IMG/VR virus record: IMGVR_UViG_3300014205_000172 | Span: 128,001 to 192,000 of that record | From: a virus | Lineage: Duplodnaviria; Caudoviricetes | DNA: 64,000 bases | Direction: 5' to 3' (one strand) | Shown here: in pieces, positions 55,806 to 63,933 of the stretch | Layout: every line of letters begins with the position of its first letter | How positions within the stretch are numbered: position 1 is the first letter of the stretch | The notes under the pieces: generated by a model | Seen by the model: the letters and a program-made list of their open reading frames with translations, nothing else | Told to the model about the DNA's origin: nothing | The model's database searches: none | Made by a program: the position numbers and the translations under genes

Positions 55806-56168
55806 ATGAAAATTGTATCTCGTGAAGAGTTTCTCGCCATTAAAGGTGAGGTCGTTTTTGGAATCGTTGAAGAACACGGGCAGGATATCGGGCTCAACAC
55901 TCTTTATATCAAAGCTGGCAATGTCGGACCTAACGACTATTGTTACGACACGCTTGACGCCGGTGCTTTGGAGGTAGGGGCGTCAGTAAATGCCGAGTAT
56001 TGGGACCAGATAGAGAAACTGAAGAAGGGTGAAGAAGTACCTTTAGATTTTTCATGTGCGTCAAGAGCGGCTTTAGATATTCGAGATAACCAAAAATACG
56101 CCATCCTTGATACCGCCGATGTAACCCGTTTGCGTGATCGTTTGAATCAGGTGCTTAACGCTAGCTAA
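55806..56168 (+). CDS. Conserved phage hypothetical protein
   Basis: MKIVSREEFL..G.VF pattern. Confidence 0.75.
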   Translation: MKIVSREEFLAIKGEVVFGIVEEHGQDIGLNTLYIKAGNVGPNDYCYDTLDAGALEVGASVNAEYWDQIEKLKKGEEVPLDFSCASRAALDIRDNQKYAILDTADVTRLRDRLNQVLNAS

Positions 56169-56170
56169 CA

Positions 56171-56220
56171 GCATACAGCCAGGGGTAATTCCCTGGCTGG
56201 TTTCTTATGTTCTTTTTTGT
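56171..56220 (+). terminator. Intrinsic terminator (CATA-type)
   Basis: CAGCCAGGG-GTAATT-CCCTGGCTG plus T tracts. Confidence 0.8.
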
Positions 56221-56234
56221 TTAGGTAACGGTTC

Positions 56235-56250
56235 CTTGGTCGTACATTAC
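56235..56250 (+). promoter_or_regulatory. Putative phage early promoter
   Basis: CTTGGTCG-TACATTAC directly after a terminator. Confidence 0.55.
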
Positions 56251-56282
56251 CGACTCGAACAACTTACTTAAGGAGTCCTACT

Positions 56283-57356
56283 GTGGACAATCGCACACCT
56301 GTTCCAAAGCACGTCCCTCTCATGACTAGCGCTAAGTACTCCCTTACAGGCGATACTTCATTAGAAACCGTCGAGTACATGGGTCGTAAGATGGCTCTGG
56401 CTATGGCGCACGAACACCCTGAAGAAGTAGATCGCCTGCGCCGAGAAGCGTATAACCGTAACGCTTTGAAGAACCTTCGTGACCGGATGTTAATCAAAGA
56501 CAATCAGCTCGATCAAATGATGCTCGGCCGTGGCAGTATGGATAACACCATGGATGTTCTAATGAAGCCAGAGGTTCAGCACTCGGCTATCATGCAAGGC
56601 GTGATGGAATACATCAACGATCTTGAGCTCACTGCGTCTTCAGAGATGCTGAATGAATACGTTGCGTCTGCTGAGGCCAGTCGGTTTGTGTTTGGCGATA
56701 ATGCTAACTACAAGTTTGATCAAAACGCAATGACCACTCCACTTGAAATGCCATTCCAGAACTGCGTGTTCGAGTTTGACAATAAGGGCGCTAAGGCTCT
56801 GGTTCGTGTTAAACAGCACCGCGTCCAGAACAAGATGCATAACAACGGTAAGCCAGTGCTTCTGGTCACCATGTTCTACAAGGTGAGTGACGAAAGTCAG
56901 TGGGTCTACCGTAACATCATTCAGCGCGTCCAGCATGATTCTACTGGGAAGCTACAAGTAATGTACGTAGATCCTAAAGGTGTCTTGGACGCATTGGGTA
57001 AGGATGAGTACAAAGAAGTAAAAACCCAGTTCAAGAAATACCTGAACGCCATCCTCGCATTGCTGCACGGACTTGATAACAAGAAAATTATCATCGTCCG
57101 ACCTTCCGGCAACTTGCACACAGCAGGTGAGATGAAGACGGAGGATGGTGTCAGCGTTGTTTGGATGTCTGGCGTTATCAAACGTCCAACCGAACACTTG
57201 GGTGGTACTCACGCCTCGCCTCGTGAACACGAACGTGCCGGTCATTGGCGCACTCTGCAAAGCGGTAAGCGGATTCGTATCAAAGCCCTGACTGTCAATA
57301 AAGGCACTAAGGGTAAGATTGATAAAACCTACCGCATTAATAAGGATAGCTTTTAA
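56283..57356 (+). CDS. Phage protein with C-terminal SPREHxRxGHWR motif (paralogue of 54927-55799)
   Basis: TAAGGAG SD, GTG start; LEMPFQNCVFEF; HASPREHERAGHWR. Confidence 0.8.
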   Translation: MDNRTPVPKHVPLMTSAKYSLTGDTSLETVEYMGRKMALAMAHEHPEEVDRLRREAYNRNALKNLRDRMLIKDNQLDQMMLGRGSMDNTMDVLMKPEVQHSAIMQGVMEYINDLELTASSEMLNEYVASAEASRFVFGDNANYKFDQNAMTTPLEMPFQNCVFEFDNKGAKALVRVKQHRVQNKMHNNGKPVLLVTMFYKVSDESQWVYRNIIQRVQHDSTGKLQVMYVDPKGVLDALGKDEYKEVKTQFKKYLNAILALLHGLDNKKIIIVRPSGNLHTAGEMKTEDGVSVVWMSGVIKRPTEHLGGTHASPREHERAGHWRTLQSGKRIRIKALTVNKGTKGKIDKTYRINKDSF

Positions 57357-57685
57357 TGACAAATGTATTTGATATAGCTGCTGCTGATTTCGATCTTTCA
57401 GCTCTGCGGATGGCCCGTATTTTAACTGGGTCGCGGGCTGCGGCAATATCCATGCTGGACAGTTATCAACCAAGGGTCTATCGGAACTCTGATAAAATGC
57501 CTCGGCATCCACGGTCTGCAACAGCACATGAGTTCCTGAAGGACCATCCGCACTTTTCAGGATACCTAGAAGTTGTTCACGATCACCCGATTGATTACGT
57601 AGGTAATGTCGGTCACGTCTTTCTGGACGCTTTACCAAAGTCTGGATTTTGTGGATCGGTAACAATGACATTCATTGCCGACTAG
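57356..57685 (+). CDS. Hypothetical protein
   Basis: TAATG coupling. Confidence 0.65.
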   Translation: MTNVFDIAAADFDLSALRMARILTGSRAAAISMLDSYQPRVYRNSDKMPRHPRSATAHEFLKDHPHFSGYLEVVHDHPIDYVGNVGHVFLDALPKSGFCGSVTMTFIAD

Positions 57686-57695
57686 GAGTTTGAAA

Positions 57696-57941
57696 ATGAC
57701 CGCTCCAAATAACAAACCAGTTTCTGGCGAAGATCTGATTCGCTTCGCTAACTATCTGAGCAAGAATCCAGCGTGGGGTTCTTTACACATTGTCCTTGCT
57801 GATGACAATATCAAGGACTGTCATGTGCAGTGGTGTATCGACCACGCTCGTGAGATTGGCGATACGGAAGGTGAATATCTGGCCAAAGTTCTTCTCACTC
57901 TCAGCAAGTCTCAGCGTTACAACCTGCCTCGAAGACTCTAG
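57696..57941 (+). CDS. Conserved phage hypothetical protein (GSLHIVLADDN motif)
   Basis: AGGAG SD. Confidence 0.75.
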   Translation: MTAPNNKPVSGEDLIRFANYLSKNPAWGSLHIVLADDNIKDCHVQWCIDHAREIGDTEGEYLAKVLLTLSKSQRYNLPRRL

Positions 57942-57951
57942 GTGACTAACG

Positions 57952-58155
57952 ATGACCAAGCTGCCATTACCGCGCGGTGCGTTCGCCTACACCGACACAG
58001 AAGGTAAAGAGAGGACGGGTTACGTCACCTCTAATCCTGACCGCCGTACGACCACTTGGCGACGTATGAAGAAACATATCGCCGAACAAGCCGCCCTGAA
58101 GTTAAAGAAGGAACAAGAAGATGTCCAAGCTCTCCAACCTACATGCCCGCGTTAA
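57952..58155 (+). CDS. Basic hypothetical protein
   Basis: AGGT SD; 67 aa. Confidence 0.6.
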   Translation: MTKLPLPRGAFAYTDTEGKERTGYVTSNPDRRTTTWRRMKKHIAEQAALKLKKEQEDVQALQPTCPR

Positions 58156-58621
58156 AGCACTCGAAGCTGAACTCGCCGGCAAGTACACTCAGCAAGAACT
58201 GTTCGATAAAAAGATCACAGAGCTTGAGCAACAAAATACTTATCTGCGTAATGAGTTGAGTAGTTCGCAAGGCTACAGTGTTACGCTTGAAGGCCGCTTG
58301 ATGAAGTGGGAAGGCACGCCAGCTTCCCGCCATGAGCTGAAGGGTGAAAAAGACCCATTCGTCAACTACCTCGATAAAGAGCGTGCTGATTTGGCGTTGG
58401 GTGACATGACTGACGATGCCCTCGCCACTGCCATCTTCATGAACTACGACGTGTTCCCACCGGTTCAAGATCTGCTTTCAGGCGCAGGTAAAATGCCCAT
58501 CGCCTACATGACCGGTGGTAAAGAACGCATTCGCTGGCTGTCACGTCAAGTGATCCGCCTCAGTGACGAACTGGAAACGTACAAAGCCGCAGGTAACCCT
58601 AAAGGCACTCTGGAGGTTTAA
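58121..58621 (+). CDS. Hypothetical protein (coiled coil plus KERIRWLSRQ domain)
   Basis: AAGGA SD; 166 aa. Confidence 0.75.
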   Translation: MSKLSNLHARVKALEAELAGKYTQQELFDKKITELEQQNTYLRNELSSSQGYSVTLEGRLMKWEGTPASRHELKGEKDPFVNYLDKERADLALGDMTDDALATAIFMNYDVFPPVQDLLSGAGKMPIAYMTGGKERIRWLSRQVIRLSDELETYKAAGNPKGTLEV

Positions 58622-58891
58622 ATGTCGAACAAGTTGAAGTTGGTGAACCTCACCATTCGTGCCGAAGTCTTTGGCGAAGGCGTTCTCGACGTCAAAGAAT
58701 GTCTGGTTTCTATGGGCATTGCTGTAACGCCTGTTTCTGAAACCGACCCAGGTTTCGCTGTCAATCGTAAGCGTTTGTTTGAAGACAATTACGAGTTTGA
58801 CTTCACCGAAGAAAATGGGATCATCAATTACTCACCGGCGGACGAACCAAAGAACGGGACCATCGACATCATTATTGAAGTGTCCGACTAA
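58622..58891 (+). CDS. Hypothetical acidic protein
   Basis: GGAGG SD. Confidence 0.75.
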   Translation: MSNKLKLVNLTIRAEVFGEGVLDVKECLVSMGIAVTPVSETDPGFAVNRKRLFEDNYEFDFTEENGIINYSPADEPKNGTIDIIIEVSD

Positions 58892-59148
58892 TGCCCAGTG
58901 TTAAGGTTACGGAGCGTTACGGTGAAACTTTAGTGCTGACTACAGGTTGTGCTGAAGAGATCGTAACGTTGACAGTTCTTGCTCCAGACGATGTGATTCA
59001 ACGCATCGTGGACAAGCATCAAAAAACCTGTGAAAGTGCTTACAACATTGCTCAGTGGCTGGTAGCCAAAAACTGGGCAGTGCTTACTGAAATTAAAACC
59101 GTAACGCTTATTCAGTCGTTACAAATAGAAGCCAGGAGAGAACCATGA
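58891..59148 (+). CDS. Hypothetical protein
   Basis: TAATG coupling. Confidence 0.65.
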   Translation: MPSVKVTERYGETLVLTTGCAEEIVTLTVLAPDDVIQRIVDKHQKTCESAYNIAQWLVAKNWAVLTEIKTVTLIQSLQIEARREP

Positions 59149-59384
59149 ATGTTGCAGATATGTTGAAACTCACGCCGCCTAAAGACGCTACCCACTTTGT
59201 GCTGGACGACGATGGGTTCAGCGCCGCCTGGTACATGTACGATGGCGCTACGCTGTATGGTCAGCCTATGGCAAGCGTTGGTCCGGATCAGGACTGGACT
59301 GAAGTCAAGGGCGGCGTACGCGCAGTACGTTCTATCAAGAACGACGCCGAAGCTATCTTCGAACGCTCTAAGCAAGGACTGTAG
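59145..59384 (+). CDS. Hypothetical protein (PKDATHF motif)
   Basis: AGGAG SD; ATGA overlap. Confidence 0.7.
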   Translation: MNVADMLKLTPPKDATHFVLDDDGFSAAWYMYDGATLYGQPMASVGPDQDWTEVKGGVRAVRSIKNDAEAIFERSKQGL

Positions 59385-59386
59385 CC

Positions 59387-59851
59387 ATGCTTGAACCACT
59401 AATCACACACGCCACTGATTTTAGTGGATCGTATTTGGATAACCTTGGTCGGGGGTTGTTCTTCGGTGGGTTGTTGTTCATGACCTATACTTTCATCTGG
59501 CTGGGTGCCGTGCTCTGGAACATCACCTGGTCGTGGATCGATGAGCAACCACGTCAGTGCCATAACTGCTTCAGCATATTCATCGCCAAGCTTACCGGGT
59601 ATGAACACATCGGAAGCCTGTATGCCTGGCGGTCTGAAAGCATGGGAAGTACTGACTTCATTCACCTACTCCCCATGCTTACCGTGTTTGCAGGACCTGC
59701 GGTCCTTATAACGCTTCTGACGTTCTACAGCCTTACGCTAACTGTAGTCGTAGCGTTTGCTCTGGCGCATCTGACGCGGTATATCCGCCGGATGAAGAAA
59801 GCCTTTGACAAGCACGTCACGGATAAAGACGCGCACAAAGGGGACGTCTGA
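59387..59851 (+). CDS. Membrane protein
   Basis: Several TM segments; C-terminal HVTDKDAH. Confidence 0.8.
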   Translation: MLEPLITHATDFSGSYLDNLGRGLFFGGLLFMTYTFIWLGAVLWNITWSWIDEQPRQCHNCFSIFIAKLTGYEHIGSLYAWRSESMGSTDFIHLLPMLTVFAGPAVLITLLTFYSLTLTVVVAFALAHLTRYIRRMKKAFDKHVTDKDAHKGDV

Positions 59852-59852
59852 C

Positions 59853-60476
59853 ATGGATACTCCAGAAGTCCTGTTTGATAAAACAGCTATAGAAATGCAC
59901 GATAAGGTGATCAACGAACTCCTTAGCGAACTCCCCATGTCTGCTAAGATGATCGCCTTGGAAGTGCTGGCTAAGCATCATCAGAAGTACACCATCACTG
60001 AGCCAACCGCGCCGCCTGTAGCCGATATGCTTAGTGTATGGGGAAAAGTGGCAGTGGCCGGTGAACGTGCATCTATGGCGTTCACAAATGCTCGGCGCAA
60101 ATTGATCCGCAGCCTGTTCAAGGTGTACGGGTTCAAGGTGAAGGAAGGTGAATCGGATTTGAAGGAATACGTCTTCAAGGCCGGTGAAGCGCTGATGGAT
60201 AAGATGGACCAGTACTACCGCGAAGTCGGCGTGGTGGCCATTGCCAACATGGGCGAGTTCTCCGAGAAAACCATTGAGCACTACGAAGCAATGGAAGATC
60301 GGTCGAAGTGGGGGCCGGGTAAGTGGTACGAACACCTCGGTGCTGTACTCGACGACCAGGGTCGTGTTGTCTTTGGCAGCGTATACGCTGTTGAGAAAAT
60401 GATGGAACTGCGTCTGACGGAATATGTCCGAGGTATTGTTCTGGCCGCCGCTATCCAAAATAAGCAAGGGGAATGA
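59853..60476 (+). CDS. Hypothetical protein
   Basis: AGGGG SD before ATG 59853. Confidence 0.75.
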   Translation: MDTPEVLFDKTAIEMHDKVINELLSELPMSAKMIALEVLAKHHQKYTITEPTAPPVADMLSVWGKVAVAGERASMAFTNARRKLIRSLFKVYGFKVKEGESDLKEYVFKAGEALMDKMDQYYREVGVVAIANMGEFSEKTIEHYEAMEDRSKWGPGKWYEHLGAVLDDQGRVVFGSVYAVEKMMELRLTEYVRGIVLAAAIQNKQGE

Positions 60477-60477
60477 C

Positions 60478-61131
60478 GTGGAGTTAGAATTCAAATATTT
60501 TGTCCGTGATGGTTGGTGTCTCACGATCCCTGGGGATATTAACGAATACCCGGTACAGGCAAAGCGTGAATGGGTTGGTGAGGGTGTTGAAATTGTCAGC
60601 GACATGCTTCTGCCGATTGGCGGTGAGTCTGTCATCGGGGAACTTCGCCTGCAGCCGGTGCTGCATGGGTCGGTCGACCCTACGCGTCTTGCGTGGATCG
60701 TTTGTACAGAAAACCGCAAGTTTTCCATGACGGTTGTACAGTTCAAGGTTGATGACAAGTATTTCAACCCCGGTGCTCCTCTTGACGATGTGCTTTCGTT
60801 CAAACTTCCGGCGTCGTTTATCAACACCGCTGAGATACTCAGCGAGGTCGAACTAACGTATCGTCAGCTTTCCATCTTCCGCCAGTTCTTCAAAACGAAC
60901 AAAGCAATTGGTTCATTGCGCCGGGCAGAAGGAGTCGTGATTTTCGATAAGTTGGCCGATAAGCATTACCTCCTCACGAACCACAACCGCACGCCTCTGG
61001 AAGCTATCTGGCAGAGCGAGATCCCTGAGGCGTTGTCGGAAGATGAAGAAGGCGCGTTGTATCTGTACGAGCCCATGGTACGTAAAGACCAGATCATGGT
61101 AAATGCGTCGGCGTTCTTCTTCCCGCAATAA
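60478..61131 (+). CDS. Hypothetical protein
   Basis: AAGGGG SD before GTG 60478. Confidence 0.7.
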   Translation: MELEFKYFVRDGWCLTIPGDINEYPVQAKREWVGEGVEIVSDMLLPIGGESVIGELRLQPVLHGSVDPTRLAWIVCTENRKFSMTVVQFKVDDKYFNPGAPLDDVLSFKLPASFINTAEILSEVELTYRQLSIFRQFFKTNKAIGSLRRAEGVVIFDKLADKHYLLTNHNRTPLEAIWQSEIPEALSEDEEGALYLYEPMVRKDQIMVNASAFFFPQ

Positions 61132-61136
61132 GTCGT

Positions 61137-61168
61137 CATACACCACGGCTAAAAAAAAGCCGTGGTGT
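61137..61168. terminator. Hairpin with A8 loop
   Basis: CATACACCACGGCT-AAAAAAA-AGCCGTGGTGT. Confidence 0.65.
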
Positions 61169-61184
61169 CTTCGAGGTAAGCCTT

Positions 61185-61703
61185 ATGTCAAAATTATACA
61201 TCTTCGGTGAGGATCATTCTAAGCTTAAGGAGATTACCAAGATCGATGCAAAGATCGCTAAGATCAAACCGGATTACCTTTTGCACGAATTGCTGTATGC
61301 CGATGTGGCTCTGACAAAAGAAGTCATTGAGCAAAGACTCCATCATTGTAAAGAGGGAGGTCTCTGCGACCCTCGGTTGAATAAAGACATTTATGAATTA
61401 GGGCTTGCTCATGACATTAAGTTAGTGGGCATTGATCTGGATATAGACGGACTGACCCACCTACCGCTCGCTGAGCAATTTAAACGTCGTGAACGACACA
61501 TGGTGAAGATGATCGAACGTTATCGTCTGAAGGGCACTGTGTGCGTTGTTGTTGGCGATGCACATCTGCGCACTGAGCGGTCTGCTGAGTTAGGTGACCC
61601 ATCGCCTATCCCTGCTCTCTTCGGACATATGGCGGTCATTGAACGCAGTGAGTCCGGTCGTTATTCCCCAGAATCAAAACAGCTTTCTTGGCTCGGCTGG
61701 TAA
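61185..61703 (+). CDS. EreA/ChaN/TraB-like metallohydrolase-fold protein with C-terminal S-x-E..W tail
   Basis: FGEDH, LHE, GIDL, RERHM, VVVGDAHL motifs; ends YSPESKQLSWLGW. Confidence 0.6.
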   Translation: MSKLYIFGEDHSKLKEITKIDAKIAKIKPDYLLHELLYADVALTKEVIEQRLHHCKEGGLCDPRLNKDIYELGLAHDIKLVGIDLDIDGLTHLPLAEQFKRRERHMVKMIERYRLKGTVCVVVGDAHLRTERSAELGDPSPIPALFGHMAVIERSESGRYSPESKQLSWLGW

Positions 61704-61719
61704 TAACGAGGGTTTCAAA

Positions 61720-62295
61720 ATGACGTTTGTATCATCGCGAAAGATTCCACTGATCTGTCAAACTGTTGGCGCGCTACCGGTTATCACAATGGAGAACTAT
61801 CCAAAGTGGTACGGACTTGAGGTCATCCATCCAAATGGCACTGTAGAAGATGTCGATCCAGATCTGTTGGATGAGTTGTGTGGCGATAAGCCTTTGATGG
61901 GTGACCATAACTACCATCCAGACCTATTGAAAATGGTAGCTAACAGACTTGGCGGTATTGTCGATCAGGTCTCCCTGTACACAGCCGCTGGCCGCTGGCA
62001 AGTGGAAGTTGTTGATGAGTGTAATGAATATTCATACTCGGCCATCCACCGCAATAGTTCCACTTGGGTTGAAAATACGGTCAGTGAGGAGATTGCGCAA
62101 CTCACTCTGTTTCGAATGAAGTGGCTTAGTGAAAATATGCCAGATTGCATTCAAAGCGTACGTATTCTTTACCGTCCTAATGGTACGCTTGTGCTGAATG
62201 ACGTTACAGCAACCATTTCGGATCTCGACAAGCTAGGTGTTCCTACGTCTATGTTGCAGATGTATGCCAGTAACTACTTACTAAAACCCGTATAG
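61720..62295 (+). CDS. Hypothetical protein
   Basis: GAGG SD before ATG 61720. Confidence 0.75.
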   Translation: MTFVSSRKIPLICQTVGALPVITMENYPKWYGLEVIHPNGTVEDVDPDLLDELCGDKPLMGDHNYHPDLLKMVANRLGGIVDQVSLYTAAGRWQVEVVDECNEYSYSAIHRNSSTWVENTVSEEIAQLTLFRMKWLSENMPDCIQSVRILYRPNGTLVLNDVTATISDLDKLGVPTSMLQMYASNYLLKPV

Positions 62296-62310
62296 GTATG
62301 TAGAGAAACC

Positions 62311-62456
62311 GTAATGCTCGCGACCGGTTGTAAGTGGAAGCTTAGGGCAGCTGGCCAATTGCGATCACTGAAGCCGGTGCGCGAGCGCCTTATTCTAGCT
62401 TTATCCCAGCACGATACCTGCATTAGACATCAGTAGCAGAGAAAGGCTTTTCTCAG
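62311..62456 (+). ncRNA. Putative structured RNA motif, copy A
   Basis: Stem TGCTCGCG-ACCGG / CCGGT-G-CGCGAGCG; four sequence blocks shared with copy B. Confidence 0.55.
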
Positions 62457-62472
62457 ATTACTAGGTGGCAAA

Positions 62473-62898
62473 ATGTTTGATATCGTATCTGTCGCTGACC
62501 GGACTATTCGTGAAATCTATTTGGACGAAAGTCTGAAGGATGAGGAACGAGGTGCTTTAGTCATCGTGTTGGGATCGGGTCATCGATTCGAGATTTATGA
62601 CGGCCATGGTCAAAGCTGTTGTGAACATCGTTACTTGGAAACAAGCGATGATCTTTCTGCATTAGTTGGGGAGCAGTTAGTGTCTGTGGTGTGTGAATAT
62701 CACGACAATGGATCAGAGTGGGGTGACGCTCAAACCGAAGCCGCCTCTATCCATATCCGATCAGATCGCGACTCTGTCGTGGTCGGTTGCTACAACTCGA
62801 ACAACGGCTACTACGGTGGTCTTAGTCCAGTGGTTGATGTAATCGACTCCAATGGTTTTGTGATTGTGAGAGGGGCTGACTTGCAACAACCCGGTTAA
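62473..62898 (+). CDS. Conserved phage protein (SCCE...NNGYYG motif)
   Basis: AGGTGG SD; 141 aa. Confidence 0.8.
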   Translation: MFDIVSVADRTIREIYLDESLKDEERGALVIVLGSGHRFEIYDGHGQSCCEHRYLETSDDLSALVGEQLVSVVCEYHDNGSEWGDAQTEAASIHIRSDRDSVVVGCYNSNNGYYGGLSPVVDVIDSNGFVIVRGADLQQPG

Positions 62899-62905
62899 TG
62901 CGGAC

Positions 62906-62921
62906 CGGCGCTTCGGCGCCG
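62906..62921 (+). terminator. UUCG hairpin
   Basis: CGGCGC-TTCG-GCGCCG. Confidence 0.55.
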
Positions 62922-62933
62922 ACTTATTCAAGT

Positions 62934-63184
62934 GTTATGCCTGCGACCCACTAAGTAATTTCCGCCGTGCCGAAGCCTCGGGCGGGGGTGAATAGGTGAG
63001 TGTCGCGGGCGCCTAATCTGCTGCAGCAGATACTGTACTGGTACCGTATTGTGATTGTCACAGCCCCTCGTAAGGGTGAATAGGCCATATAGACATCAGG
63101 ATGATGGAAAAGACCTCGCAGACGGATGGAACATCAGTGCAGTAGCCTTTCCCATACTGGCCTGCTTCGGCAGGTCTTTATGCT
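62934..63184 (+). ncRNA. Putative structured RNA motif, copy B (longer), ending in a UUCG hairpin
   Basis: Stem TGCCTGCGAC/GTCGCGGGCG with G-U pairs on + strand; several extra hairpins; final GGCCTGC-TTCG-GCAGGTC-TTT. Confidence 0.6.
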
Positions 63185-63234
63185 GTAAGTATCAACTTAG
63201 ACATCTGCTTATATATCCACCAAGGGATCTTATC

Positions 63235-63933
63235 ATGAAATTTGGCTCTTATGACTTTAAACAAGTCTGTCGCAATGAAGTAGAGTCACTGCCAGAAAGT
63301 AGCGGGTTGGTACTTATCCGTGATCGGTCCGATCATCGCTTTGACGTACTCTGCGCCAATAGCTTACGGCGTCGTCTGTATCAGGCAGTTAATGGAGAAG
63401 TGGGTTCGCTTATTAAAGCACGTTATCCCATCTCTCCTGAAGATCACGTTGAGTTCTTCTACTGCTCGCTTGGGTATGTCGCTAACCTGAATGTCCACAA
63501 GTACCGGCTGCGTATGCTCCTTAAAGGCAAGCTTGTTACTCAGAACACTCATGGTACTGACGGTCGTGGTTACAAGATCAACTTGTTTACCTACCCTGAA
63601 ACGAGTGAGTACTTCATCTCGATCCAAACCATGGCGTCCAGGGAAGATCCATTGATGCGTCTGTACCGGATGCTCAATGGGAAGATTAAACAGACGCACG
63701 TAACAGGCAATCCTATTGTAATGAACTTCTCGCGAAAGCGCGGTCCCTTCAATGAGACCAACTCTTTCATTCATGAACTCCGCAAGGCTGACATCCCAAC
63801 TCTTAACGAAGCAAAACAAGCTGCACGAGAATTAGCACTAGAACTTGGCACTCAATATTTGCTCACAGCCAATGTGGTTGATCGGGCACAGTGGAAACAT
63901 CCCGGATGGGATAAGGTCGCAAAACATGCTTGA
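63235..63933 (+). CDS. Protein with degenerate GIY-YIG-like domain(s)
   Basis: LPESSGLVLIRD..A.SLRRRL resembles the UvrC-type GIY-YIG N-terminus without the tyrosines; AAGGGA SD. Confidence 0.55.
   Translation: MKFGSYDFKQVCRNEVESLPESSGLVLIRDRSDHRFDVLCANSLRRRLYQAVNGEVGSLIKARYPISPEDHVEFFYCSLGYVANLNVHKYRLRMLLKGKLVTQNTHGTDGRGYKINLFTYPETSEYFISIQTMASREDPLMRLYRMLNGKIKQTHVTGNPIVMNFSRKRGPFNETNSFIHELRKADIPTLNEAKQAARELALELGTQYLLTANVVDRAQWKHPGWDKVAKHA

Noticed and set aside
62934-63223. tmRNA or tRNA (TCCACCA at ~63216)
   Set aside because: No T-arm (GGTTCRA) and no matching 5' acceptor stem.
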